Source: Squalus acanthias
Lineage: Eukaryota
Reading direction: 5' to 3'
Length of the DNA: 64,000 bases
Assembly (NCBI GenBank): GCA_030390025.1
Contig: CM059432.1
Location: forward strand, 148,058,001-148,122,000
Made by a program: the position numbers and the translations under genes. Numbering within the stretch: position 1 is the stretch's first letter; each line of letters begins with the position of its first letter. Under the pieces are notes generated by a model, which saw nothing but the letters and a program-made list of their open reading frames with translations, was not told the origin of the DNA and did not search any database. Below are positions 23,049-35,408 of the stretch, in pieces.

Positions 23049-23959
23049 ACCAACTTCCTTCAACTGTTCAACGTTTACACCACTTAAATGGCTTGTTAGC
23101 CGCTTGAGAAGTGTTAAAGGATTATTATGGTTATGCCATGATTGACTGACTGCTCTTTTGTTGTTCCTACTAATGATATTGCATTCTCAGGAATCACTCC
23201 TTTCAAAACCGATGGTTTCATTAGCCGAGATTAATTATAAGGTAAATAGAGGAAACTTTGTTTAATGCTTGGGTGGCTGAGATTGTCCCTTAATTTGTTA
23301 ATTTGCTCAAAACTTACATTTTCAGTTCCGTATTTTGTGTTATTTCTATTTTGTGGTTCATTATTTTCAGTAAGTGCTAAGCTAAGTGTGTCACGTTGGT
23401 TTACACATTAAGAGCAGGTTTTAACTTCCTCCACCTGGCGGAGACCGGAGGGAATGGGGCTCCCATTCTGGGAGTTGATATGTAAGCAGTACGTCGACCC
23501 GCTCCATCGACGCCCCCGTATATGAGAGCCAGGAAGCCGAGGAACCCACCTGATGGAAGCCTCGTGAATTCGTGTAAATTGGATAAGACCCCAAAGCCAG
23601 TGTAACGGCCCCCTGAGCATCAGCTCAAACCCAGCAGGCTGCCATTGGATGCCATTGTTTGGAGAGGGCACGTTGCCAGCTGCATATAAATGTGACCCGG
23701 TCATTAAAATGGAGCGGGTCTCCCGCCGCACCTCCTGGGCGATCTGCCCAGGCTTTCCACCAGCCAACCCCCTCGGGACTTCCAATTCCCCCTTTAGTTT
23801 CAGTCTTTGAGTTCAGAGGTTAATGTGCCAGAAACTGGTGGTTTATTGAGCAAAGTTACTAATGCTTTCTGTGCACCTTTTACAAAATAATATGAATCCC
23901 CAGGGAAGTAAATAACATTTTATTAATCTCTTAATGTTTTTAATTGAACAGATGTGACA

Positions 23960-24190
23960 GGCTTATTCAATAAGACTGCATTAGATGCAATGGAATTATA
24001 TTTCATCGATTGGTGTGTGTTTGTTGGTTTATGGTATATTGATGTTTGAATTGAACCATCTGGCATTCCCTTTGTCAGTGCATCAAGGAAAGGGAGGAGC
24101 ACATCTACCTTTTTCGCCTTTGTGAATTTGATTGTGGGCCTGATATTATTAACGACTCTGTGGAAATGGCTTAAAACATCACAAGGAATG
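23960..24190 (-). mobile_element. Penelope-like element RT C-terminal remnant
   Basis: NNIRPTIKFTK..LLPFLDAL..DGSIQTSIYHKPTNT matches the PLE signature IKFT.E..LPFLD..VYRKPT. Confidence 0.8.
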
Positions 24191-25134
24191 ATCAGAGACA
24201 TGCCAGCCTTTATTCTTTAATTTTATGAGGGCTGTTTTCCTGTTGGTACTTATAGACGGCTAAAGATGGAACTGCTGTGAAGGAGGAGGCTGCCGAGCCC
24301 ATTGCTAAGGCAATAATTTATTCATAAACTTGCTGTCCAATTAAAAATAGTAAAAAGCAGGCATATGTTGAAAGTCTAAAGTGATACCAGTTTGTTCTGA
24401 GCCTGCTTTCTTTCTACTTGGGGTGATCCTACAATCCAGTTCTCTCGGCGAGTGTATTTCGGGGTATCGCAGGCGTGCAGTCCTTGATTTTGCATTTGCC
24501 AGTATCACCCACAGTGAACCGATAAGCTGTTGAAACAGGTAATCGTTTGAATGGGCAGTGGCTGCACAAAAATGCCTGGCAAACCTCTTCCGTCTGGGGA
24601 AGAGAGAACCGTCAGAAGATTTCATTTTCATCGTGGACAATGCCACCCAGGTGTGAGGGGATGACGTCCTTCATGATGATTGATGTACATTCTGGACAGG
24701 GTTTTCTGCTTGAGTCATGCCAGTCTGCCACCAGCTCCCCACTTGCCCCGCCACTTCCAAAATTTTTGCACCTAAATGTGACTGGGCATTTTACAATGCA
24801 TCATTTGATGTACTTCCTGTTGTTATTGCGTTCGCAACACTAGGTAGAAAGGATGCTGCCATGCTCCTGGCATCCAGCGTATGGACGACAGTGGAGTGAG
24901 TTAAACTTTTAAGAGGCAGAAAGCCTATGGGCTACAGAACTGGTCCTACCGCCCCCCCCCCCCCACCGCCCCCCCCCCCCCCCCACCGCCATGCTATTAG
25001 ACCTCCGAATATAAGGTACTCCAATCTTTCCTCATATCTCCAGACATCTTGAGGTCATGAAGGACAATATATAAATGTAGGTTCTTTGCTCCTTTCTTTG
25101 ACATATTCTACTGCTTTAACTATGGAGTTCAACA

Positions 25135-25716
25135 TTAAACTGCTAAACATTGATAAATCACTGGTTAGACCTCAGCGAGAGTATTGGGTCCAGTTCAGGG
25201 CACCGCACTGTATAATGGATGTCAAGGGCCTTGGAGAGGGTGCAGAGGCGATTTACCACAATGGTACCAGGTATGAAGGAGTTCAGTTACGTAGAGAGAT
25301 GAGAGAAGCTGGGATTGTTCTCCTTACAGCTAAAAAGTTAAGGAGAGATTTAATAGAGAAGTTCAAAATTATATGGGGTTTTGATAGCATAGATGGGGGA
25401 AAAACTGTTTCCTCTGGCAGGAGGTCAATAACAAGAGGACACCGATTTAAGATAATTGCGGGGTGGGGGAGGGGGGAGGTGAAGAGAATTTTTTTTACGC
25501 AGCAAGTTGTTGTGATTTGGAATGCGCTGCCTGAAAGGGTGGTGGAAGCAGATTCAACGGTAACATTCAAAAGGGAATTCGATACATACATAAAAAGGAA
25601 AAATTTGCAGGGCTATGGGAAAAGAGCAGGGGAGTGGGACTAATTGGTAGCTCTTTCAGAGAGCCGGCCCAGGGACGATGGGATGAATGGCCTCCTTCTG
25701 TGCTGTATAATTCTCT
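25135..25716 (+). mobile_element. CR1 3' fragment whose tail is split by Harbinger D
   Basis: KSLVRPQREYWVQF..TRGHRFKI..WNALPERVVEADS; the ATTCTATG tail resumes at ~29578. Confidence 0.9.
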
Positions 25717-25884
25717 GGGGGGTCAATTTGATAATCCCCGAACATCGGCGCGGGGATCGTGGTACGTGATTAACCTGCGCCTGTTCATTGCGATGCAGGC
25801 GCCACGTTAAATTCGTGCTTCCTGTTCTTTGAGATGATTGCCGCGTGCAGCCAGCACTACTCTCGCTATTCATCGGCTGCACGG

Positions 25885-27046
25885 TGGTGGGGCAGGCAAG
25901 GATAGTGCAGGTGCCAGCTCACCGAGGGCGGGGTCGCACACTAGTTCTGCTGCAGAGAACCCGCTGAGGACTTTGATGCGCCAGGCTACAGAAGAAGGCT
26001 AAACACTAATACAATAGCAAAATACCGCAGTTCACTGCCACTTCTCTTCCAGGAATGCCCACCTTGAAGAAGTTCTGCTCTTCTCTTCGATGGGATTTCT
26101 GTTTGTCTCTTCAACCTTGTTCATCTTCATTGCTTTTAGTTTCCCCTCTCGTGTTTGATCAGGTATCTGCCAAGACTCGCTTTCACAGCCACATCTCTTT
26201 CCTCAGCAACTGTCTCCGGTTCCGACTTATTCCACGTGGATTCCAACTAAAATTCCACCCTTCGTGTTTCGGATCCACCCAGGATTACAAATCTGCAGTA
26301 TATTACAGAAGAAGGCTGATGGGTTTACATAGCCAAATGCTTGGTGCACTGGATAGACTGCCAGAAAACCTGAGTTCATTGTCAAGGGGCATGGAGGAGT
26401 CCGGCACCAACTTGGCACAGGGTTTTGCACAGAACTTGGAGCCCATCCTTTCCAACATGGAACGGGTAGTCACCTCCAGTACACCTGTGGAACCCACCAT
26501 GATGCAGCGTCTGATGGCCAATGTCACAGCTTGCATTGCAGCACAACCAACTTCCATCAAAGGTCTGAGTGCTACAGTGGAAGCTCAGATTACTGCCATC
26601 ATGGCCCTGGATACCACTGTTCAAAGGGACTTCCAGGGCATCACAACAATCCATCAATCTGTTCTCCAGCAGATCAGTAGAATTGTTGAGGAGCTACCTT
26701 GGGAGAGTGGCAGAGGCTCCATAAACATGAACCTGCTGTCCTCTCTCAGGATGACAGTATTCCCGCTCCCACCAATGCCACTCCATCAGTGCCCTTGCTG
26801 TTGCCTGTCAGCCACCCAGCCAAGACTGCTGCAGCCCAGGCTGAGATGGTGCAGTCTGAAGCCGGGCTCTCTAGGCTCAGAGCTGCTCGAGGTCGTCCTC
26901 CAAGAACATCTGCAGTCTCCTCAATTGAAGGTCAGCAGCCTCCCACTACCGATGCTGCAGCCACTGGGGTAGCGCCTCGTAGGAGCACTCGGACAGGCAA
27001 CGGCACAAGGAAGACAGGTACTAAGGGAATGCACAGGGTCAATTAG
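25885..27046 (+). pseudogene. Harbinger Myb partner gene exon 3 (element D), interrupted at 26001-26303
   Basis: YRRRLMGLHSQMLGALDRLPE..RRSTRTGNGTRKTGTKGMHRVN*. Confidence 0.85.
26001..26303 (+). mobile_element. Probable Penelope-like element 5'-ORF fragment flanked by a 14-bp direct repeat
   Basis: TACAGAAGAAGGCT at 25987-26000 and 26304-26317; peptide HISFLSNCLRFRLIPRGFQLK resembles the PLE N-terminal H..FL..C....IP.G motif; 26001-26030 resembles an inverted piece of the pLTR at 35385-35408. Confidence 0.7.
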
Positions 27047-27460
27047 TTTATACTTGTATGCATTATGTCATGCTTAAATTTATAAAATTGGATGGGAATG
27101 GGAATTTTCTGGTGGTTTATATTTTTGTGTTGTCGGAAAGAGGACGATGTGATGGTCAATGATAGTGGAAAGGTAAGGAGTGTGGGACTGTTGGTGAATG
27201 GGGAGGTGTGGTTGGGGTTACTGGAATCGCTCATGAATTATTTGATCACATAGAGCCCGAGCAGAAAGGGGCTGTTTACGTTGTATCCTCCCTTCCTCTT
27301 CCTGTTCCTTCACTTCCTGCTCCTCCTCTTCCTTCTTCTCGTGCTCCTCAGTGTCTCGGCTGATAGGTGGTGGCAAGGCCTGTTCCCTCAATGGTCAGGT
27401 TGTGCAGCATGCAACGTACTACTACAAATCTTGATAGCTGCTCTGCTGAGTCCTGCAGAG

Positions 27461-27623
27461 CAATGCTCCCCCTAATTTATTTTTGGGTGCGCAGCCCCTT
27501 TAAGGGGCTGCACGGCCCACTCACAGTTTTGCAATGCGCAGAACTTAACATTGGAAAAGCCAGTCCGGGGGTGCGTGGGACCGGCAGAGAGCTGCGCAGC
27601 CAGACAGCTTAGAGGGAAGGTTG
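27461..27623. mobile_element. hAT-type MITE, 163 bp
   Basis: TIR CAATGCTCCCCCTAA vs CAACCTTCCCTCTAA (11/15); 8-bp TSD CTGCAGAG/CTGCGGGG; interrupts the transposase ALQY motif. Confidence 0.7.
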
Positions 27624-27937
27624 CTGCGGGGCTCCTTCAGAGTGGTCCAGGCAGCGGAAGCGTTCCTTGACAACACCAGTGTTGTGCTCTATAATGTTCC
27701 TTGTGGCAGCATGGCTCTCATTGTAGGCCTGCTGTGCACATGTGCGTGGGTTCCGGACAAGAGTCATGAGCTATGCCATGAGTGGATAACCCTTGTCGCC
27801 CAGTAGCCAGCCTTTGACTTGCTGTGGTGGTTCAAATACAGGTGGCACAGCGGACTGCCACAGAATTGATGGAATCGTGACTAGTGCCAGGATAACAGGC
27901 ATTGACCTGCATGATGTGCTGCCTGTGGTCGCACACT

Positions 27938-28427
27938 ACCAGACTGATTCCTAGGATGGCAGGACTGTCGTATGAGGAGAGATTGGGTTGACTAGGCCTG
28001 TATTCACTAGAGTTTAGAAGAATGAGAGGGGATCTCATTGAAACGTATACAATTCTGACGGGGCTAGACAGACTGGATGCAGGGAGGATGTTTCCCCTGG
28101 CTGGGGGGTCTAGAACGAGGGGTCACAGTCTCAGGATACGGGGTAGGATATTTAGGACTGAGATGAGGAGAAATTTCTTCACTCAGAGGGTAGTGAACCT
28201 GTGGAATCCTCTACTACAGAAGGCTGTGGAGGCCAAGTCACTGAATATATTTAAGAAGGAGATAGATAGATTTCTAGACACAAAAGGCATCAAGGGGTAT
28301 GGGGAGAGAGCGGGAATATGGTATTGAGATAGAGGATCAGCCATAATCATATTGAATGGCTCGGAGCAGGCTCGAAGGGGCGAATGGCCTACTCCAGCTC
28401 CTATTTTTCTATGTTTCTATGTTCTAT
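27938..28427 (+). mobile_element. CR1 3' fragment inside transposase D
   Basis: MRGDLIETY..GLDRLDAGRMFPL..EMRRNFFTQRVVNLWN; (TTTCTATG)n tail. Confidence 0.93.
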
Positions 28428-30402
28428 CAGCTGCACATTGAGGGAGTGGAATCCCTTTCAGTTCATGAAAATGGCAGAGTTCTAATGAGGTGCACGCAAG
28501 ACAATGTGCGTGCAGTCAATGGCACCCTGCACCATGGGGAAGCCTGCAATCCGTGCAAACCCTCGTGCTCACTCGCCTGCTTGTGTCTGACAAGAGTGAA
28601 TGTGACTAAACTGTTTATCTGTGCATAGAGAGCCTCCATGACCTTCATTATGCAGCAGTGCACTGCAAACTGCGAGATGTTGCTGATATCTCCAGCAGTG
28701 CACTGCAAACTGCGAGATGTTGCTGATACCTCCAGCAGCAGCGGGGAAGGAGCCAGACGCATAAAAGCTTAGAGCCAGGGTCACCTTGACAGCCACAGGC
28801 AGTGCGGTCCTTGTCCTGCTTTGAGGTTGCAGTTGGACTGCAGAAGTTGGCAGATTTCAGTCACAACCTCTTTTGTGAAATGAAGACATCTCAAGCATTG
28901 GTCCTCCCTGAAGTTGAGATAAGAGAATTGCTCCCTAAAGACCCTCGGCAGATATGGCCTCCTGCTCCTCCTCCTCCCTCTTCTAGCGTCTTGTGTGGCC
29001 TCTCTTCATTCTCCCAGTCATGTTCAATTCCCAGAGGAAGCCATACCTGGCCACCCATGTCTAGAAGCAACTTGTTTCAGCGCAAGCTTTTAAATGAACA
29101 AAAAAGTACTTCAGCACCAGCCAGACCACTCCCTGTAGACAACTCGAACATTAGTCAAGTATAGGAAAGCTCCAAAAACACGTACTATTGCACCAGCAGC
29201 CAGAAGAAACAAACTAGCAACTTACCTTTAAGTAGTTCATGATCCCTTTAAATAGCATTGGTGGGGAGTCCTTCATTCTGTTTAACGTTGTGTTCAGCTG
29301 TGCAAGGTTTAACACTGGAGTGTGCAGTTGGAAAATGGCAGTGCTGGCGTCAAATCAGCATTACACACTGATTCGCGTCATGATCTGCCTACTCTGCATG
29401 CTGCTAACAGTCGTTGGGTGTATGCGCCAAGATGGCTTCCTGCGCACAAGTTTACCAAGATGGCTTCCTGCGCACTTCCCATCAGAAGCGTGCATCTCAG
29501 ACCCCATTTTCGAGTGCTAGGTGGTTGCGTAGCACTTAAAAACGGAAGCGCTACACAGCCCAATGTAGCCACCATCGATTCTATGATTGGCTGATTGCTC
29601 TGCATTGATCAAACATGTTTAGCATTGAGTCTACTAAGTCTTTTTCAGTTTCATTCTTAGCTATTTCAAAACCATTCATCCCAGCAGTTTGTCAATGAAA
29701 CCCTGAAGCCAGCCGGCACAATTACTCCTTCGATAAGAGAGTCACATCTGAAAGTAAAAGTACAAAGGAGCAGCACTGGGACAAATCACAGCACATCATT
29801 TGCATATCACTCAATTTTTAAGTACATTTGATATCCTTGATTTGTGCATTGCGCTGAGAATATCTTTGTAAGGATGCAGCACCACAGCAATACGTGGGCA
29901 TTGATGGTGATGAAGGATGTGCTGGGGTCAGTGTTGTTTAAGGTGTTTTGAGCCATGGTACGTGTGGGTAGCAGGGTTCCAGGCGTAATCTAACTGAATG
30001 TATCTTGGATGAGCACCTCGTGCATCATTCTTCCAGAATGCATTGTTTCCTCTTTGTCTGATCCTGCTCTGACTTTGGTTCTGGATTGTTCTCCTCCTCT
30101 TCTATGGTTAGCCAACTTTATAGAGCAAAGTTCTTGCTCTAAGGAAGCACACAAAAGTTATGTTGGAGACCCTGAGAAACCTGTACTTTAAGGCACCCAC
30201 TAATCTATCCAGACATATGTTGCACCAAGATGTCAATGGTGTGCTCAGTGATGAACCTGGCAGTTGCTTGGGCGTTGTTGTATCTGTTGTCTGCTTCTGT
30301 CCATGACTGACACATGGTTGTCTTTATCCAGCTGGTCATTCAAAGAATAGAACCCCATCTGCTCAAATAAACACAAAATGCTGGAAATACTCAGCAGGTC
30401 AG

Positions 30403-31559
30403 AATCGGATCAAGATGAGCCACACCACCAGCGGCAGCAGCAGCAACCACAACACCAGCCTTCTCTTCAACAACCTGATGTTCCACAGGAGAGAGGGGGG
30501 GGGGGGGGCACCACAGGGCTGCAGCGCGCCGGAGGCAATACCCCCACCACAAGGTATACAGGCAGAGGATGGGCTTCCTCAACATGACTGAGCAGCAATG
30601 CTTCAGGAGGCTCAGGCTATCACGCCAGGTTATCGCAGACATTTGTAGCTTGCTGGAACAAGACCTGCTGCCCAGAGGACCTGGTGGACATGCCTTACCA
30701 ATGGCTGTTAAAGTCACCACTGCCCTCAACTTCTTCGCCTCAGGCTCCTTCCAGGGATCTGCAGCAGACATTTGCAAGATCTCGCAGTCGGCCACCCACA
30801 GATGCATCACCCAGGGGACCAATGCCATGTTTGACAAGTCAGCCAATTATATCAACTTTGTCACTGATGAAGTCAGTGTTAATGAGCGGGCGCTCGGCTT
30901 TGCGGCTCTGGCTGACTTCCCACAGGTGCAGGGCATCAACGACTGCACACATGTGGCCATGAAGGCACCGCCTCATCACCCAGGAGTGTTCGTGAACCGC
31001 AAGGGCTTCCATTCCTCAATGTGCAGCTTGCCTGCAACCATAAAAAGATCATCATGCATGTGTGCAGCAGATTCCCTGGCAGCTGTTATGACCAGTCCAC
31101 CCTCCCTCAGCTTTTCACAGCTCCAAGCAGACTTACTGGCTGGCTGCTTGGAGACAAGGGCTATCCACTAAAGACATGGCTCTTGACACCCTTGAGGAGG
31201 CCAAGTACTGAAGCCGAGGAACATTATAATGAGAGCCACATGTCCACCAGTTGTGACACAGGACAAACAATAGGCATGCTGAAGATGCACTTCAGATGCC
31301 TTGACAGATCTGGAGGAGCCCTTCAGTATGCACCAGCCAGGGTCTCCAGGATCATCATAGTTTGCTGTGCGCTGCACAAAATAGCGTAGCAGCGAGAATT
31401 AGAGCTGCAGGAGGAGCAAGGTGCACAGCCTCTTCAGAGGAGGAGGAGGAGCGGGTGGAAGATGAGGAGGAGAAACCTGAGGTGGAGATGGTACCAGCAC
31501 TCGAGCACATTACTGCCCGAGAGGCCCAGGATGGCCTCATCATGGCCAGATTTACTTAA
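30403..31559 (+). pseudogene. Harbinger transposase (element E), least decayed copy but frameshifted
   Basis: ORF 30569-31171 [41 protein letters not shown], continuing in ORF 31021-31389 [23 protein letters not shown]. Confidence 0.92.
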
Positions 31560-31859
31560 CTTGCTTCAATGCACCCAGATGGCTGCCACGTGCTGTACTA
31601 AGTTCCACCATCCCCACCCCCCCACCACCCCCCAACAACACCATAAAGCATCCCTACAATGAACAAGCCATTCCTCTCACCCAAAGCCCCAGTGCTCGAG
31701 GTTAGGTAATGTCTCACCATTCATTCCAAGTGACAAGGCCACTTCCAAGGTAGCAGGCAAAAATGGACAAGTTGGTGCAAAGAAATACATTTATCTGTGT
31801 CCTCAAAATAACTGAAACTTAACACTAACATTTTTTCATACACCCACGTGCATACCCTT

Positions 31860-34800
31860 GTGCATCTACTTTTATGTCATTTTTCTTTTCCGAACGCTTC
31901 TACGAGGTGCAACCCCCTGTGGCTTCAGCAGAGGTAGAGGCGGGTTGCTCACTTCCCTGCTGCGACTGCTTAGACACTTTTGGCAGATGTCCTCTGGGTT
32001 TCGGAGCCTGTGATGGCCCCGCCAAAGTCTGCTCCTTCTGCGACTGTGCAAGGGGCAGACTCGGCCATCGGGCTCCGAGGAAGCAAGTGGGGCTCTGACT
32101 GAGGGGGGAGGCAACAGGGGAGAAGTGTGAGCGCTTTGAGAAGAGCCCCCACTTCCATGTCCCCTCTCACCATCATCCCTCTCATGAGCCACCCACACTT
32201 CCCTGCTAGTAAGGAGATGGAGAGCACAGCATGCCCACAGCAAGCATGTGCTCATGTGACTGGCACATTTACTGCTCCATGCAGGTGGCCATTCTTTCTG
32301 TGGAAGAGGACATCGTCGCCATCGCCTGCGACATGGTGGTGCTCATGTTGGAGACGGACTTCTCCATTCTCTGCAGACATCTCAGCTGCAAAACCTGCCA
32401 GAGCCTCCTGCATTTCTTGCTGCCCCTCCAGGATCACTTTTTTATTCGTTTATGGGATCAGGGCATCGCTGGCAAGGCCAGCATTTATTGCCCATCCCTA
32501 GTTGCCCTTGAGAAGGTGGTGGTGAGCCGCCTTCTTGAACCGCTGCAGTCCGTGTGGTGAAGGTGCTCCCACAGTGCTGTTAGGGAGGGAGTACCAGGAT
32601 TTTGACCTAGCGACAATGAAGGATCGGCGATATATTTCTAAGTCAGGATGGTGTGTGACTTGGAGGGGAACTTGGAGGTGGTGGTGTTCCCATGTGCCTG
32701 CTGCCCTTGTCCTTCTAGGTGGAAGAGGTCGCGGGTTTGGGAGGTGCTGCTGAAGAAGCCTTGGCGAGTTGCTGCAGTGCATCTGGTGGATGGTACACAC
32801 TGCAGCCACGGTACGCCAGTGGTGGAGGGAGTGAATGTTTAAGGTGGTGGATGGGGTGCCAATCAAGCGGGCTGCTTTGTCCTGGATGGTGTCGAGCTTC
32901 TTGAGTGTTGTTGGAGCTGCACTCATCCAGGCAAGTGGAGAGTATTCCATCACACCCCTTACTTGTGTCTTGTAGATGGTGAAAAGGCTTTGGGGAGTCA
33001 GGAGGTGAGACACTCGCCGCAGAATACCCAGCCTCTGAGCTGCTCTTGTAGCCACAGTATTTATGTGGCTGGTCCAGTTAAGTTTCTGGTCAATGGTGAC
33101 CCCCAGGATTTTGATGGGGGATTCGGCGATGGTAATGCCATTGAATGTCACGGGGCGGTGGTTAGATTCTCGCTTGTTGGCGATAGTCATTGGGTGGCAC
33201 TTCTGTGGCGCAAATGTTATCTGCCACTTATCAGCCCAAGCCTGAACGTTGTCCAGGTCTTGTTGCATGCGGGCATGGACTGCTTCATTATCTGAGGAGT
33301 TGTGAATGACGCTGAACACTGTGCAGTCATCAGCGAACATCCCCATTTCTGACCTAATGTTGGAGGGAAAGTCATTGATGAAACAGCTGAAGATGGTTGG
33401 GCCTGGAGACTGCCCTGATGAACTCCTGCAGCGATGTCCTGGGGCTGTGATGAATGACCTTCAACCAGCACAACTATCTTCCTTTCTGCTAGGTATGACT
33501 CCAGCCAGTGGAGCGTTTTCCCCCCAATTCCCATTGACTTCAGTTTTACTAGGGCTGCTTGATGCCACACTTGGTCAAATGCTGCCTTGATGTCAAGGGC
33601 AGTCACTCTCACCTCACCTCTGGAATTCAGCTCCTTTGTCCATGTTTGGACCAAGGCTGTAATGAGGTCGGGAGCCAAGTGGTCTTGGCGGAACCCAAAC
33701 TGGGCATCAGTGAGCAGGTTATTGGTTAGTAAGTGCCACTTGATAGCAGTGTCGATGACACTTTCCATCACTTTGCTGATGATTGAGAGTAGACTGATGG
33801 GGCGGTAATTGGCCGGATAAGATTTCTCGAAGGCCCCTGAGGCTCAGCGTCTGCATGCAGCTGAGCAGAGCTTGGATCGTCCTGTGCCCTCCAGCGAGGT
33901 GTCTCCACTGCTGTCCTTGTCAACACCATCTGCTGTTGTTCACTTGTGAAGTGTGAGACACCAGGTGACAACACTACTCTATCTCGCACAGGACCCACCG
34001 ATGTGTGCGTATCTGCGCTGGTGCTGGCTGCGCTTGGATCTGCTGACGGTGCACCCTCAGAGGCTGGAGGATCCTCTCAGGAGTCGTCTTCCTCCTCCGG
34101 CTGGACAGTGGGGGAGGGGGAGTGGGGCACTTGATGGACGTGTGGGAAAGTAAAGAGATGATTTAGAAATGTTATAATAATAATGGGTAACGTTACCATT
34201 ATGCACATGATGATAAATCCACTGGATGCTGACATCAGTCACCATATGAGTGACTGCTGTATGCCATGTGGCTGGATGAGATGTAATTCTGTCACCAGGT
34301 TGCTGGGAGGTCCCCCTCTCTCCGTCTCCCACCGCCAGCAGCTCTGCACCTCCCAATATGTCCAGGGTCCCCTCCTCTGCTGGAGTCAGCTGTGTGAATG
34401 CTGGAGGGCCAACTCTGGTTCTCTGCCTTTCCTGCGTGTTCTGGGCTCTTTTATCCTGCAAGGAGGGAAAGAAGAGAACTTTGAGTGAGAGTGATGGAAT
34501 GAGTGTAAGGAATAGATGGGTTACATGTGTAGAGGGTGACTATGAGGGAGTGGGGTGACATTGCCAAATGGCCTCCTTGTGTGGTGGTACTTGCTATGAT
34601 TGGATTAGGATGAGTGTGAGTGTGAGGGATGGTTAGTCAGATGGGGATGTGAGTATGTACATAGAGAGAGAGGGATGGGTGGACCTGCAAGGTAGGTTGG
34701 TGTGAATAATAATGTGCAGCAGTAGGCTTGGGAAGGCAGAGTGATAGGGATGTGGTGACCAGCACATCAGGATGAGGGTGGAAGTGGCATTGCACTCACC

Positions 34801-35070
34801 TTTCCTGACCTCACGAGATCATTGAATCGTTTCCTGCACTGGATCCAGATCCTCCTGACAACATCTCTGCTGCTGACCTCCTCTGCTATCTCCAACCAGG
34901 CCCTTTTGGTGTCTGTGGGAGGTCTCCTGTGCCGATCTGCAGTGAACAGGACCTCCCTGCGTGCTCACAGCGCCTCCACCAGAATATGCAGGGCTGCATC
35001 ACTGAATCTGGGTGCAGCCTCTGCCTTTGAGTTTGGGACAGTACTGAGACGGTTCTATTTCTCCTTGCAC
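31860..35070 (-). pseudogene. Harbinger Myb/SANT partner gene (element E), 3 exons, split by a LINE
   Basis: Exon 1 AAPRFSDAALHILV..AWLEIAEEV..WIQCRKRFNDLVRSGK|GTGAGT (34800); exon 2 DKRAQNTQERQRT after TTGCAG; C-terminus APRRSVRKRKMT*. Confidence 0.82.
32438..33822 (-). mobile_element. CR1-group LINE (A-tailed family), 5'-truncated RT
   Basis: QFGFRQ, ALDIKAAFDQVWH, GVHQGS, MFADDCTVF, LGVTIDQKLNW; ORFs 33217-33771 and 32498-33346. Confidence 0.93.
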
Positions 35071-35302
35071 ACTCCTCTAGCAACCTTCAAATGAGTTGTG
35101 TGCAAGGCTGCTTTAAATATCGGCACTGGAAACGAGTCATCAATGACGTCATCAGACCCACTCCATTTAATTGGGCCGGGAAACTAACATGACTGCTTTA
35201 AGTGGGGCCACTGAGTTAAAGTAGTCCTGAAGAACATCGCATTCCCAACCCGCTACATGGCCCGCATGCACCCGACCCGATTCCAAGGTAAAAATTGCGG
35301 CT

Positions 35303-35408
35303 GTTAACTCTGTTTCTCTCTCCAGAGATGCTGCCTGACCTGTTGAGTATTTCCAGCACTGTGGTTTTTATTTCAGTTTTCCAGCATCCGCAGTATTTTG
35401 CTTTTGTT
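35303..35408 (+). mobile_element. Penelope-like pLTR fragment
   Basis: GTTAACTCTGTTTCTCTCTCC..GATGCTGCCTGACCTG.TGAGTATTTCCAGCA; related copies at 37105-37168 (+) and 30365-30402 (-). Family assignment is from recall. Confidence 0.65.

Larger units (their letters stand above)
27220..29058 (-). pseudogene. Harbinger transposase (element D), disrupted
   Basis: ATG at 29058; [44 protein letters not shown]; 40-bp tandem duplication at 28653-28732; two insertions. Confidence 0.88.
25718..29573. mobile_element. Harbinger element D (internally deleted, three nested insertions)
   Basis: Ends GGGGGTCAATTT / AATGTAGCCACC inside a CR1 tail; Myb exon 3 (+) and transposase (-) convergent; Myb exons 1-2 absent. 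Confidence 0.8.
30403..35302. mobile_element. Harbinger element E (divergent subfamily; left end lost)
   Basis: Transposase (+) and 3-exon Myb gene (-) convergent; right end AAAATTGCGGCT. Confidence 0.8.

Noticed and set aside
30569..31389. Domesticated host HARBI1 gene
   Set aside because: Frameshifted, paired with a broken Myb gene and a TIR, and one of many dispersed copies.
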